Shown: positions 9,144-19,664, numbered from the stretch's first letter. The stretch: 64,000 nt of DNA from Chthoniobacterales bacterium (GCA_051003355.1 JBPCLK010000050.1:2468-66467), one strand, 5' to 3'. The notes: a model not told the origin generated them from the letters alone. Translations and numbers: made by a program.

Positions 9144-10949
9144 ATGCCTGACATTTTAACAGCACCAGCCACCAAAACCTCCGCGCCATCCGGTAACATC
9201 GTCGAGATGTCGTGGGACCCGATCACACGCATCGTCGGCAGCCTCGGTATTTACACGAAGATCGATTTCGACTCCAAGAAGGTCATCGAGTGTTACAGCA
9301 CTTCCTCGATCTTCCGCGGTTACAGCATCTTCATGCAGAACAAGGATCCGCGGGATTCGCATTTTATCACCAGCCGCATCTGCGGCATTTGTGGTGATAA
9401 CCACGCCACCTGCTCGGTCTACGCGCAGAACATGGCCTATGGGGTCAAGCCGCCGCCGCTCGCGGAATGGATCGTGAACCTCGGCGAAGCGGCCGAGTAC
9501 ATGTTCGATCACAATATCTTCCAGGACAACCTGGTCGGGGTCGACTTTTGCGAGATGATGGTGAAGGAGACGAACCCAAGCGTTTGGGAAAAAGCGCAAC
9601 GCACGCCGGCGCCGCATTCCGACGATCACGGTTACAAGACGATCGCCGACATCATGACGGCGCTGAACCCATTCACGGGCGAGTTCTACCGCGAGACCCT
9701 GCACGTCAGCCGTTACACGCGAGAGATGTTCTGTTTGATGGAAGGACGCCACGTTCATCCGTCGACCCTGTATCCCGGCGGTGTCGGCACCGTGCCGTCG
9801 ATCCAGATCTTCACCGACTACACCGTGCGCCTCATGCGTTACATCGAGTTCATGAAGAAATGCGTGCCGCTGCACGACGATCTCTTCGACTTCTTCTACG
9901 AGGCGCTGCCGGGTTACGAAGAAGTCGGCCGCCGCCGCATTCTGCTTGCCTGCTGGGGTTCATTTCAGGATCCAGACGTCTGCGACTACGACTACAAGAC
10001 GATGGAGAAATGGGGCAACGCCATGTTCGTTACGCCTGGCATCGTAATCGATGGCGAGCTGGTCACGACCAACCTCGTCGATATCAACCTCGGCATCCGT
10101 ATCCTGCTCGGCTCGTCCTACTACGACGATTGGGATAACTCCGAGACCTTCGTCAAGAACGATCCGTTAGGCAATCCGGTCGACAAGAAGCATCCGTGGA
10201 ACCAGACCACCATACCGAAGCCGCAAAAGCGCGACTTCGGCGGCAACTACACCTGGGTGATGTCGCCCCGCTGGCTCGATAAGCGGACCGGCGATCATCT
10301 CGCGATGGACACCGGCGGTGGACCGATTGCCCGCCTCTGGGCCACCTCGCTCGCGAAATTGGTTAACATTGGTTACGTCGAATCGACCGGCCAGAGCGTC
10401 AAGATTCGCCTGCCGAAAACTGCGCTCAAAGGCGAGGTCGAGTTCGAGTGGAAAATTCCGAAATGGAGCAACGCGATCGAACGCGATCGGGCTCGCACCT
10501 ACTTCCAGGCTTATGCGGCCGCTTGCGCGCTGCATTTCCTGGAGAAGGCGATGAAAGAAGTGCATGCCGGACGGACCGCGACTTTCACTCCTTTCAAGGT
10601 GCCGGACGAAGCGATCGGCTGCGGATTCCACGAAGCCGTCCGTGGCGTTCTCTCGCACCACCTGGTCATTCGCAAGGGCAAGATCGCGAACTACCATCCC
10701 TATCCGCCGACGCCGTGGAACGCGAACCCGCGTGACATTTACGGCACGCCCGGGCCATACGAAGATGCCGTGCAGAACACGCCGATTTTCGAGGAGAACG
10801 GCCCGGATAAATTCAAGGGCATCGATATTATGCGCGCGGTGCGCAGCTTCGATCCTTGTCTCCCCTGCGGAGTGCACATGTATCTCGGTGGCGGCAAGGT
10901 GCTGAAACAGATGCACACTCCAACGGCCCTCGCGGGATTAGCCAAGTAG
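9144..10949 (+). CDS. hhyL: [NiFe]-hydrogenase large subunit, group 1h/5 (high-affinity type)
   Basis: L1 motif HFITSRICGICGDNHATC and L2 motif SFDPCLPCGVH match the group 5/1h signatures as I recall them. A C-terminal extension follows the L2 His and would be the protease substrate. Confidence 0.95.
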   Translation: MPDILTAPATKTSAPSGNIVEMSWDPITRIVGSLGIYTKIDFDSKKVIECYSTSSIFRGYSIFMQNKDPRDSHFITSRICGICGDNHATCSVYAQNMAYGVKPPPLAEWIVNLGEAAEYMFDHNIFQDNLVGVDFCEMMVKETNPSVWEKAQRTPAPHSDDHGYKTIADIMTALNPFTGEFYRETLHVSRYTREMFCLMEGRHVHPSTLYPGGVGTVPSIQIFTDYTVRLMRYIEFMKKCVPLHDDLFDFFYEALPGYEEVGRRRILLACWGSFQDPDVCDYDYKTMEKWGNAMFVTPGIVIDGELVTTNLVDINLGIRILLGSSYYDDWDNSETFVKNDPLGNPVDKKHPWNQTTIPKPQKRDFGGNYTWVMSPRWLDKRTGDHLAMDTGGGPIARLWATSLAKLVNIGYVESTGQSVKIRLPKTALKGEVEFEWKIPKWSNAIERDRARTYFQAYAAACALHFLEKAMKEVHAGRTATFTPFKVPDEAIGCGFHEAVRGVLSHHLVIRKGKIANYHPYPPTPWNANPRDIYGTPGPYEDAVQNTPIFEENGPDKFKGIDIMRAVRSFDPCLPCGVHMYLGGGKVLKQMHTPTALAGLAK

Positions 10950-10950
10950 C

Positions 10951-11643
10951 ATGGCCGATCAAGTTGCGGAGCAGGTGATGCTCGAGGCATCACCAGATGA
11001 GATCTACGACATCGAACTGGAGCACAGCCTGCTCGAGGCGAACGCCAAGCTGGCCGTGGAAAATCGCGCGGTACTCGATAAAAACGGCATCACTGCGATC
11101 GATTTCATGGGTGCGATCGGGTCCGGGAAAACGACGTTGATCACGAAGCTCGTCGGGATGTTAAAAGACAAGTTCGGGGTGGCCGTTTTCAATGGCGACG
11201 CCACGACGAGTAACGACGCCGACGGCATTTCGAGTCAGAACGTGCCCGTGGTGCAGATCGCGACGATCAACGGCTGTCACCTCGACGCCAACCTGGTCGG
11301 CAAAGGCCTGAAGAAGATTGATCTCGAAAATCTCAAGATGATCTTCATCGAGAACATCGGGAACCTGATTTGCCCGGCGGAATTTCCGCTGGGCTCGAAG
11401 GCCCGCGTCGTGGTTGTGAGCGTGACCGAGGGCCCGTGGATGGTGCGGAAACATCCTCACATGTTCCTCGGCTCGCAGGTCGTCGTGATCAACAAGATCG
11501 ATCTCGCCGAAGCGATGGAGGTGAGCGTCGATCAACTGATCGCCGACGTCCACGCGCTCAAGCCCGACATCAAGGTCATCCCGACGAGCTGCAAAAAAGG
11601 CACCGGTCTCGACGAAGTCGCCGCCACCCTGCTCGCGATTTAG
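10951..11643 (+). CDS. hypB: Hydrogenase nickel-incorporation GTPase HypB
   Basis: P-loop GAIGSGKTT, ENIGNLICPAEF and NKIDL motifs are present. Confidence 0.9.
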   Translation: MADQVAEQVMLEASPDEIYDIELEHSLLEANAKLAVENRAVLDKNGITAIDFMGAIGSGKTTLITKLVGMLKDKFGVAVFNGDATTSNDADGISSQNVPVVQIATINGCHLDANLVGKGLKKIDLENLKMIFIENIGNLICPAEFPLGSKARVVVVSVTEGPWMVRKHPHMFLGSQVVVINKIDLAEAMEVSVDQLIADVHALKPDIKVIPTSCKKGTGLDEVAATLLAI

Positions 11644-11654
11644 GCAGCGCGCTC

Positions 11655-12050
11655 ATGCACGAGTTTTCGATCGCGTCCGGGCTGGTCGAAAAGCTCCTCG
11701 ATTTCGCGGAAAAGAATCCCGACAAGAAACTCGTCGAAGTGCGAGTGGCGATTGGCGAGTTCACCCAGATCGAGGAGGAGCAGCTTCGCTTTTGCTATGA
11801 ATCAATCATCACCGAGATGCCGATCGCGGGTTCCAGCCTGAGGATCGAGTCGGTTCTCGGCAAGGTCGCCTGCTCTCATTGCGGCTACAGCGGCCCGCCG
11901 AAATATTGGGACGGAGCGTTGCACGGAACGCCCGTCGCGACGTTGGAATGTCCTCAATGCGCCCAGACCGCCTCCATCATCGAGGGCGAGGAATGCGCGA
12001 TTCGTTCAATCCGTTACCAGCCTAACGAAGTTGCCGGCATTATGGCATGA
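11655..12050 (+). CDS. hypA: Hydrogenase nickel-insertion protein HypA
   Basis: N-terminal MHEFSIA plus two CxxC pairs (CSHC...CPQC). The spacer between the pairs is longer than usual. Confidence 0.85.
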   Translation: MHEFSIASGLVEKLLDFAEKNPDKKLVEVRVAIGEFTQIEEEQLRFCYESIITEMPIAGSSLRIESVLGKVACSHCGYSGPPKYWDGALHGTPVATLECPQCAQTASIIEGEECAIRSIRYQPNEVAGIMA

Positions 12051-12823
12051 CCACGCTTTTTCCCATTCTGCTCTTCGGCTTCTTCCTCGGGATGCGACAC
12101 GCGACGGATTCGGATCACGTCGTCGCCGTGACGACGATCGTGAGCCGACAGCGCAGCATCGGAGGCGCGGCCTGGACCGGAATCTTTTGGGGCATCGGCC
12201 ATAGCATCACGCTCCTGGCGATCGGCGGAGCAATCATCCTCTTTGGCATCGTCGTCCCGGAACGTCTCGGGATGAGCCTGGAGTTCGGTGTCGCGCTCAT
12301 GCTGATCCTGCTCGGCGCGCTCAATCTGCGCGCGACTTTTCGCGCGGTTGAGCAAGTGACGGCTGACAGCAAACACGACTCGCATCATCAGCACACCCAT
12401 CGGCATGGGGACTACATCCACGACCATCCTCACGGCCATGAGCGCACCACCCACGGCCACGCCGAAGAAGCGGTCCCGCCCGCCAAACTGGATCGCTGGT
12501 TGGGCAGCTCGCGCTTTTTTCGGGCGCTGCGGCCGATCGCGATTGGCACCGTCCACGGGTTAGCCGGCTCCGCGGCGGTGGCGTTATTGGTCCTGCCCAT
12601 TATTCACGATCCGCTCTGGGCAATGGCATATCTCCTCATCTTCGGCATCGGCACCATCGCCGGCATGATGCTGATCACGGCGGCCATCGCGGTTCCGGTT
12701 TCCTACTCAACGCGGTTCCAATTCCTGCACCGGCACCTTGGCACCGCGTCCGGCGTGCTCAGCCTCGGCTTCGGCCTGTTCCTCGTTTACCAGATCGGTT
12801 ACGTCCAAGGGCTTTTCCGTTAG
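12047..12823 (+). CDS. Nickel/cobalt transporter, NiCoT/UreH-like, 6-TM type with a His-rich loop
   Basis: NiCoT-like signature GMRHATDSDH in TM1. The central loop is DSKHDSHHQHTHRHGDYIHDHPHGHERTTHGH. ATGA overlap with hypA. Confidence 0.7.
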   Translation: MTTLFPILLFGFFLGMRHATDSDHVVAVTTIVSRQRSIGGAAWTGIFWGIGHSITLLAIGGAIILFGIVVPERLGMSLEFGVALMLILLGALNLRATFRAVEQVTADSKHDSHHQHTHRHGDYIHDHPHGHERTTHGHAEEAVPPAKLDRWLGSSRFFRALRPIAIGTVHGLAGSAAVALLVLPIIHDPLWAMAYLLIFGIGTIAGMMLITAAIAVPVSYSTRFQFLHRHLGTASGVLSLGFGLFLVYQIGYVQGLFR

Positions 12824-12848
12824 GCAGAGTCGGATTAATCCAAGCAGA

Positions 12849-13967
12849 GTGAGCAACCGCCACGTCTATACCCTCGGGATCGAGGAAGAATTTCAGATCA
12901 TCGATCCCACCACGCGTGAACTGCGTTCGCGGAGCAAAGAGATCATTCGAGACGGCGAAGATACCTTGTGCGACCAAATCATCTCCGAGCTCCATCAATC
13001 GATGATCGAGTTGGGAACAAAAATCTGCCCCGACATCCGTTCGGCGCGACGGCAGCTGGTCGCATTACGGTCAGAACTGGCCCGGCTGGCGGCGGGCGAG
13101 GGGTTGAAGATCGCCTCCGCGGGGACGCATCCTTTTTCCAAATGGGAAGATCAGCCGATCACCGACAAGAAACGTTACCGGACGATTCTGCGGGACATGC
13201 AGCAAATCGCGCGGAGCAACATTATCTTTGGTCTGCACGTGCATGTCGGCATTCCGGACCGCGCGACCGGCCTGGAAATCATGAACGAGGCGCGTTCTTT
13301 TCTGCCGCACCTTTTCGCGCTCTCCTCGAACTCGCCTTTCTGGGAAGGCGAAGACACCGGCCTAAAGACTTATCGGCAGGTTATCTTCGAACGCTTCCCG
13401 CACACGGGTCTGCCGGAAGCTTTCGCCAGCCTCGCGGAATACGACAATTACATTGATCTTCTCGTTCGCACCGACTCCATCGAGGATGCAACCAAACTTT
13501 GGTGGGACATTCGGCTGCATCCGAAGTTCAACACGATCGAATTCCGAATCTGTGATGCGCAATCGCGCGTTGACGACACGATCGCGCTGGCGGCCCTGAT
13601 GCAGGCAATCATAGCGCGCCTGCAGCATCTGCGCGCCGAAGGAAAATCCTTTCCGATTTACGCGCGCCGTTTACTACAGGAAAACCGGTGGCGCGCCGCG
13701 CGTTTCGGCCTGGATGGGAAACTCATTGATTTCGAAAAGCGAGCGGCGCGGCCGGAACGAGAACTGATTCGCGAGCTGCTCGATTTCGTCGCGCCGGCCG
13801 CGGACGAGCTCGGATCCTCGGCTGAGCTAAAGCACGTTGAACAAATCTTGCGCGAGGGAACGGGCGCGGATCGGCAGTTGGCAGTCTGGAAAAAATCACA
13901 GGACCTGAAGGTGGTCGTCGATCATCTCATTGCAGAAACGAACGAGGGATTGAAGGCTGCCGAATAG
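12849..13967 (+). CDS. Carboxylate-amine ligase, YbdK / GCS2 (glutamate-cysteine ligase family 2) type
   Basis: N-terminus HVYTLGIEEEFQIIDP and the overall layout are typical of YbdK. I chose GTG 12849 as the start because track ORF start 12738 overlaps the transporter. Confidence 0.8.
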   Translation: MSNRHVYTLGIEEEFQIIDPTTRELRSRSKEIIRDGEDTLCDQIISELHQSMIELGTKICPDIRSARRQLVALRSELARLAAGEGLKIASAGTHPFSKWEDQPITDKKRYRTILRDMQQIARSNIIFGLHVHVGIPDRATGLEIMNEARSFLPHLFALSSNSPFWEGEDTGLKTYRQVIFERFPHTGLPEAFASLAEYDNYIDLLVRTDSIEDATKLWWDIRLHPKFNTIEFRICDAQSRVDDTIALAALMQAIIARLQHLRAEGKSFPIYARRLLQENRWRAARFGLDGKLIDFEKRAARPERELIRELLDFVAPAADELGSSAELKHVEQILREGTGADRQLAVWKKSQDLKVVVDHLIAETNEGLKAAE

Positions 13968-14007
13968 TCGCGTTTCGCAGGCGAACGGCGAAATTTAGAG
14001 CCTCCCG

Positions 14008-16281
14008 ATGAAACGCACCGGAATAGAACGAGCCCGCGTCCAGGTCCGCGGAGCCGTGCAGGGCGTTGGTTTTCGGCCCTTCGTTTACCGGCTGGCCCAC
14101 GAGCTTTCACTCCGTGGCTGGGTTAATAATTCGTCGCAGGGCGTTTTCCTCGAAGTGGAAGGCGAGGTATCCCAGCTACAGGATTTTCTTTCTCGCCTAA
14201 CGAACGAAAAACCGCCTCGCGCGATCATCCAGAGTTGCGAGAGCGTCCAGCTCGATCCGGTCGGTTACAAAATTTTCGAGATTCGGGAAAGCGAAGACAG
14301 GGGCAGCAAGACTGCGCTCATCCTGCCCGATCTGGCGACCTGCGAGGATTGTCTGAGGGAGATTTTTGATCCGCACGACCGGCGGTTTCGCTACCCCTTC
14401 ACGAATTGCACGAATTGCGGGCCGCGCTTCTCCATCATCGAAGCGCTTCCCTACGATCGGGCCAACACTTCGATGAAGAAATTCGCAATGTGCGCGAATT
14501 GCGAACGCGAGTATCGCGATCCTGGCGATCGCCGCTTCCACGCCGAACCCACTGCGTGCCCGCGCTGCGGTCCGCGCTTGCAATTTTGGGATTCGTTAGG
14601 CAGCGCCCTTGCTCAAGACGACTCGGCCCTGCTGCGGACGGCCACGGCGATTCGCGCTGGTCAGGTGATTGCCCTCAAGGGAATCGGCGGTTTTCAACTG
14701 CTGGTCGACGCGCGGAACGACGAAGCCGTGCAAGCCCTGCGCCAGCGCAAGCATCGTGAAGAAAAACCGCTCGCGGTCATGTTCCCCTCCTTCGGATCCG
14801 TCGCTGCTTGCTGCGAGATTTCGCCGCTGGAAGAGCGGCTCCTCAAGTCTCCGGAAGCACCGATCGTGCTGTTGCGGACGTCACACGATTCGGAATTGTC
14901 GGCCCAGGTCGCTCCAGGCAATCCCAATCTCGGCGTGATGCTGCCCTACTCGCCGCTTCACCATTTGCTGCTGCACGAACTTGGTTTTCCAGTCGTCGCA
15001 ACCAGCGGGAATCTGAGCGACGAGCCGATCTGCATCGACGAACGGGAAGCGCTCGCGCGCCTCAGCGGCCTGGCCGACTGCCTCCTCGTGCACGATCGAC
15101 CGATCGTTAGGCATGTCGACGACTCGATCGTCCGCGCGCTGGGCGGACGCGAAATGATGCTGCGGCGAGCCCGCGGTTATGCGCCGCTGCCGATCACGAT
15201 CAAGGCCGCAGAGGCGACGATCCTGGCCGTTGGCGCGCACTTAAAGAGCGCCGTCGCGCTCAGCGCCCGAACAAACGTCTTCGTTAGTCAGCATATCGGA
15301 GATCTTTCGACCAAGGAAGCGCACGACGCTTTCACGCGCTCGGTGGCTGACCTCCCACGCCTCTACGACGCGCAACCTGCGCTAGTCGCGCACGATCTCC
15401 ATCCGGAATATCTCTCGACCAAGCACGCCCTCCAACAGCCGGGCGAGCACGTCGGTGTGCAGCATCATTGGGCGCATATCGCGTCGTGCATGGCCGAGAA
15501 TGAAATCGAGCCGCCTCTGCTCGGCGTTGCCTGGGACGGAACCGGGTACGGCCCCGACGGGACGATCTGGGGCGGCGAGTTTTTCCTCGTACGGGAACGT
15601 TCCTGGAAACGCGTCGCGCATCTGCGCACCTTCCGGCTCCCGGGTGGAGACGCGGCCATCAGGGAACCGCGCCGCAGCGCCTTGGGAGTTCTCCACGAAA
15701 TTTTCGGAGACGAACTGTGGGAGCGGCCCGATTTGCTCGAGAATTTTACCGCGACCGAACTGAGGGCACTGCGCACGATGCTGACGCGCGCAGTGAATTC
15801 GCCCGTGACCTCCAGCGCCGGCCGACTCTTTGACGCCGTCGCCTCGCTCGCCGGGTTACGCAATCGTTCCACCTTCGAAGGTCAAGCCGCGATGGATCTC
15901 GAGTTCGTCACCGAAGCTGGAAACGCTGGAAGCAATCCCGTCGCGCTGCGCGACGGAGATCCCCTCGTCCTCGATTGGGAACCAGCCATTCGAGAGCTCT
16001 TGGGCGATCGACAACAGGGAGTCGGTGCGCCAAAGAACGCCGCGCGTTTTCACAACATGCTGTCGGAATCCATCGTCTCGATTGCCCAAAAAGTGGGAGA
16101 ACAACAAGTCGCCTTAAGCGGTGGATGTTTTCAAAATCGCTATCTCACTGAGCGCGCTATCAATCAGCTGCGAGCGGCCGGCTTTCAGCCTTATTGGCAG
16201 GAACGCGTTCCACCTAACGACGGTGGCATTGCCCTCGGTCAGATTTGGTCGGCAGCGCATGGCATGACCGAGGTTCAATGA
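14008..16281 (+). CDS. hypF: Carbamoyltransferase HypF
   Basis: 757 aa. Contains an acylphosphatase domain, two CxxC-x18-CxxC zinc fingers, and YrdC-like and Kae1-like domains. Confidence 0.95.
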   Translation: MKRTGIERARVQVRGAVQGVGFRPFVYRLAHELSLRGWVNNSSQGVFLEVEGEVSQLQDFLSRLTNEKPPRAIIQSCESVQLDPVGYKIFEIRESEDRGSKTALILPDLATCEDCLREIFDPHDRRFRYPFTNCTNCGPRFSIIEALPYDRANTSMKKFAMCANCEREYRDPGDRRFHAEPTACPRCGPRLQFWDSLGSALAQDDSALLRTATAIRAGQVIALKGIGGFQLLVDARNDEAVQALRQRKHREEKPLAVMFPSFGSVAACCEISPLEERLLKSPEAPIVLLRTSHDSELSAQVAPGNPNLGVMLPYSPLHHLLLHELGFPVVATSGNLSDEPICIDEREALARLSGLADCLLVHDRPIVRHVDDSIVRALGGREMMLRRARGYAPLPITIKAAEATILAVGAHLKSAVALSARTNVFVSQHIGDLSTKEAHDAFTRSVADLPRLYDAQPALVAHDLHPEYLSTKHALQQPGEHVGVQHHWAHIASCMAENEIEPPLLGVAWDGTGYGPDGTIWGGEFFLVRERSWKRVAHLRTFRLPGGDAAIREPRRSALGVLHEIFGDELWERPDLLENFTATELRALRTMLTRAVNSPVTSSAGRLFDAVASLAGLRNRSTFEGQAAMDLEFVTEAGNAGSNPVALRDGDPLVLDWEPAIRELLGDRQQGVGAPKNAARFHNMLSESIVSIAQKVGEQQVALSGGCFQNRYLTERAINQLRAAGFQPYWQERVPPNDGGIALGQIWSAAHGMTEVQ

Positions 16282-16472
16282 ACCTGCTTTACGGAGAGAT
16301 CGGCGAGGTTTTCGCAGAAAAAGGTCTCGTTTTCGGCAAGGTTCGCGTCCAAAGAGTAATCAAGAAAATACCGCTCGGGCTCCTGACGGATGCGGTCCAA
16401 GGTGATAGAGTAGTGTTCTGTGACGGTGTGGCGATCAGTAAGGTCGCCGGCCCAAGCGAAGAGGAGAGATAA
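16278..16472 (+). CDS. HypC/HupF-like small protein lacking the N-terminal cysteine
   Basis: 64 aa, MNLLYGEIGEVFAEKGLVFGKVRVQRVIKKIPLGLLTDAVQGDRVVFCDGVAISKV. Aligns by eye to the HypC beta-barrel, but MCxxxPG is replaced by MNLLYGE. ATGA overlap with hypF. Confidence 0.55.
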   Translation: MNLLYGEIGEVFAEKGLVFGKVRVQRVIKKIPLGLLTDAVQGDRVVFCDGVAISKVAGPSEEER

Positions 16473-16473
16473 A

Positions 16474-16815
16474 ATGTGCCTGGCGATTCCCGGAAAACTC
16501 ATTGAGATCAGCACCGACGCCAATGGCGTGCGCATGGGCAAAGCGAACTTTGGCGGCATCGTCAAACAGGTCTGCCTCGAATATACGCCGGAGGTTGAGA
16601 ACGGTGACTATGTGCTGGTGCACGTTGGGTTTGCTCTGAGCAAGGTGGACGAAGCAGAAGCGGCTCGCACCTACCAGGCGCTGGAGCGGATGGAACAATT
16701 GGGCGAACTAGACATCCCCGACACACCGGAAGCGGAGGAACAGTTAGCCGACGCAGCGGCCCGCCAGCGCAGCGAAGGCCCAGACACGCCGGACACGGTA
16801 TCTCAAGCCGCATGA
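16474..16815 (+). CDS. hypC: Hydrogenase assembly chaperone HypC, with an acidic C-terminal extension
   Basis: [12 protein letters not shown]...[21 protein letters not shown] lies upstream of ATG 16474. Confidence 0.9.
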   Translation: MCLAIPGKLIEISTDANGVRMGKANFGGIVKQVCLEYTPEVENGDYVLVHVGFALSKVDEAEAARTYQALERMEQLGELDIPDTPEAEEQLADAAARQRSEGPDTPDTVSQAA

Positions 16816-17945
16816 AGTATCTCGACGAATACCGCGACGAAGCGCTCGCCAAAAAAATCGTCGAAGAGATCTATCGCATAGTCACGAAGCCATGGGTGCT
16901 GATGGAAGTTTGCGGCGGGCAAACCCACTCGATCGTCAAATACGGGATCGACCGACTCTTGCCTAACGATATCGAACTGGTCCACGGCCCCGGTTGCCCA
17001 GTCTGCGTGACTTCGCTCGAAATGATCGACAAGGCGCTCGCCATCGCGCAGGAGCCGGACGTGATCTTCTGTTCCTTCGGCGACATGCTGCGCGTCCCGG
17101 GCTCGAAGGACGACCTGCTCATTCTGAAATCGCGCGGATCCGATGTGCGCGTGGTCTATTCGCCGATCGATTGCCTCAAGATCGCGCGCGCCAATCCCAG
17201 CAAAAAAGTCGTCTTCTTCGCCATTGGATTTGAGACAACCGCGCCGGGCAACGCGATGGCTGTGTGGCAGGCGCACCAGCAAGGGATTAAGAATTTCTCC
17301 GTGCTCGTCTCCCACGTTCTCGTCCCGCCCGCGATGGCGTCGATCCTACAATCACCTCTCAATCGCGTGCAGGGCTTTCTCGGGCCTGGCCACGTCTGCA
17401 CGGTCATGGGCTACCGCGAATATGAGCCCATCGCTGCTCGCTACCAGGTACCGATCGTCATCACCGGTTTTGAGCCGATCGACATTTTAGAAGGAACGCT
17501 CATGACCATTCGGCAACTCGAGGCCGGCAAAGCGGAAGTGGAAAACCAATATCCGCGCGTCGTGAATCGCGACGGGAATCGGGGGGCGCAGGACTTGGTC
17601 AACAAGGTGTTCGAAGTCGGAGATCGCAAGTGGCGCGGCGTCGGCTCTATTCCCAAGAGCGGCTATAAGCTGCGTTACGAATTCCACGCGCACGACGCGG
17701 AACGAATCTTTGAGGTGCGCGAGATCGACACCAAAGAGCCGGAAATCTGCATCAGCGGCCTGGTTCTCCGGGGCGTAAAGAAGCCGCATGATTGCCCGGC
17801 CTTCGGCACACTCTGCACGCCGGAGCGTCCGTTAGGCGCGACGATGGTCTCGGCGGAAGGAGCCTGCGCCGCTTACTACGCTTACGGACGCCATCTGCAG
17901 AAGCCGGCTGCGAAAGCTGAGCCGGCACTGACTCGGGCGAATTAG
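16812..17945 (+). CDS. hypD: Hydrogenase maturation protein HypD
   Basis: 377 aa. Contains [15 protein letters not shown] and FETT motifs. ATGA overlap with hypC. Confidence 0.95.
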   Translation: MKYLDEYRDEALAKKIVEEIYRIVTKPWVLMEVCGGQTHSIVKYGIDRLLPNDIELVHGPGCPVCVTSLEMIDKALAIAQEPDVIFCSFGDMLRVPGSKDDLLILKSRGSDVRVVYSPIDCLKIARANPSKKVVFFAIGFETTAPGNAMAVWQAHQQGIKNFSVLVSHVLVPPAMASILQSPLNRVQGFLGPGHVCTVMGYREYEPIAARYQVPIVITGFEPIDILEGTLMTIRQLEAGKAEVENQYPRVVNRDGNRGAQDLVNKVFEVGDRKWRGVGSIPKSGYKLRYEFHAHDAERIFEVREIDTKEPEICISGLVLRGVKKPHDCPAFGTLCTPERPLGATMVSAEGACAAYYAYGRHLQKPAAKAEPALTRAN

Positions 17946-17947
17946 CC

Positions 17948-18574
17948 ATGAGCGCGACAGCCCAGACGATCGCCGATCGCCTGACGGAACCCTTCCGCCT
18001 AAAGGTCCTGCGGAAATGCGGCGAAAGTATGGAGACAAAGGAGAAATTTTTCTCTGCCTACGCGGACTCGCTCGACGAAATGTCACGTGCTTTGGCGGGG
18101 CGCTTTGAGCGCGGTGGCCGCCTCTTTGTCATGGGTAACGGCGGCAGCCTTTGCGATGCACTGCACATCGCCGTGGAATTCAACCATCCGATTATAGAGA
18201 AGCGGGTCGCCTTTCCTGCCATCCCGCTCATGACCGATATCGCGACCATGACCGCGATTAGCAACGACTTGGACTTCACCCGGGTCTACGTAAACCAGCT
18301 CCGCCTGCAGGCCACGCCTAACGACATCGCGATGGTCTTCAGCTCAAGCGGCAAGTCGCCCAATCTGATTTACGCGTTGGAAGAAGCGCGGGCCAAGAAG
18401 ATGCTGACCGTGGCCTTTTCAGGGAAGGACGGCGGCCGCTTTCCTCAGGTGTCGGATTACTGCTTTATCGTGCCTTCCTACAGTATTCATCGCATCCAGG
18501 AAGCACACGCCACCGCGGTGCATATCATTTGGGATTTGGTCCACATCGCGTTAGGGGCAGAGGATGTCACCTGA
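17948..18574 (+). CDS. SIS-domain protein (GmhA/DiaA-like)
   Basis: [20 protein letters not shown] and SSSGKSPN motifs. Sits between hypD and hypE. Confidence 0.8.
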   Translation: MSATAQTIADRLTEPFRLKVLRKCGESMETKEKFFSAYADSLDEMSRALAGRFERGGRLFVMGNGGSLCDALHIAVEFNHPIIEKRVAFPAIPLMTDIATMTAISNDLDFTRVYVNQLRLQATPNDIAMVFSSSGKSPNLIYALEEARAKKMLTVAFSGKDGGRFPQVSDYCFIVPSYSIHRIQEAHATAVHIIWDLVHIALGAEDVT

Positions 18575-19664
18575 CGAGCCGTCACCCACAGGCGAGACGG
18601 AGCAAGCCTCCACGGCGTCAGACCTCCTCGGCGGCAGTTGCCCGCTGCCGATTACCGATTACCGAGAGATCGTCCTCGCACACGGAAGCGGCGGGAAGCT
18701 GAGTCACCAGCTCATCTCGAAGATCATCGTCCCGCAATTTGCCAACGATCTCCTCGCGCCCATGCATGACGGCGCTGTCTTTTCGTTAGGCGACAAGCGC
18801 CTGGCCTTTAGCACCGATTCCTACGTCGTTAGTCCGATCTTTTTTCCGGGTGGCGACATCGGCAAAATGGCAGTGCACGGGACGGTGAACGACTTGTCCA
18901 TGTGCGGCGCCAAACCGCTCTATCTCTCGGTTGGTTTTATCCTCGAGGAGGGTTTGCCCATGGAGGAGTTCTGGCGCGTGGTGCAATCGATGCGAGCAGC
19001 GGCAGACGAGGCCGGCGTGCAACTCGTCACCGGAGACACCAAGGTGGTCGATCGCGGCAAAGCAGACAAAATTTTTATCAACACCGCCGGGCTGGGCGTG
19101 GTACCGGAGGGTGTCCAAATTCATCCATCGCGCGCGCAGGTGGGTGACAAGGTCATCCTGAGCGGGCCGATTGCCGTGCATGGTATTGCCATCATGTCGG
19201 TGCGAGAAGGGCTCGAATTTGAGACCGAAATCGCGAGTGACACCGCGTCGCTCAACGGACTGGTGCACGATCTCCTGGCCGCTTGCCCGGATGTGCATGT
19301 CTTGCGCGACCCGACCCGGGGTGGGGTCACCAGTGCGGTGACGGAAATCGCGCAGTCCGCCGGGGTCGGCATCATGCTGAACGAGTCCTCCATTCCCATC
19401 AGCGAAGAAGTAAAGGGAGCCTGCGAGATTCTGGGCCTCGACCCGCTCTACGTCGCCAATGAAGGAAAGCTCATCGCCATCGTTCCACCGAATGAAGCGG
19501 CGGCTGCGCTGGCAGCGTTGCACAAGCATTCGTTAGGCAAGGATGCTGCGGTGATAGGCGAGGTGGTAGCCGATCACCCGGGATTCGTCACGATGAGGAC
19601 GCGAGTTGGTGGCACCCGCGTGGTCGATATGCTTTCCGGCGAGCAGCTCCCGCGCATCTGCTAG
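18564..19664 (+). CDS. hypE: Hydrogenase maturation protein HypE
   Basis: AIR-synthase-like fold motifs ([11 protein letters not shown]) and the C-terminal PRIC motif. Overlaps the SIS gene by 11 nt. Confidence 0.9.
   Translation: MSPDEPSPTGETEQASTASDLLGGSCPLPITDYREIVLAHGSGGKLSHQLISKIIVPQFANDLLAPMHDGAVFSLGDKRLAFSTDSYVVSPIFFPGGDIGKMAVHGTVNDLSMCGAKPLYLSVGFILEEGLPMEEFWRVVQSMRAAADEAGVQLVTGDTKVVDRGKADKIFINTAGLGVVPEGVQIHPSRAQVGDKVILSGPIAVHGIAIMSVREGLEFETEIASDTASLNGLVHDLLAACPDVHVLRDPTRGGVTSAVTEIAQSAGVGIMLNESSIPISEEVKGACEILGLDPLYVANEGKLIAIVPPNEAAAALAALHKHSLGKDAAVIGEVVADHPGFVTMRTRVGGTRVVDMLSGEQLPRIC

Noticed and set aside
8213-10916. Several 200-280-aa minus-strand ORFs (8213-9061, 9156-9875, 10167-10916), plus similar ones at 5410-6258, 51343-52227 and 53976-54713
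   Set aside because: All are antisense to strongly supported genes (hhyS, hhyL, DUF6084-like and 449-aa genes, pstA, DUF47). They have Arg/His/Asp-rich low-information sequences.
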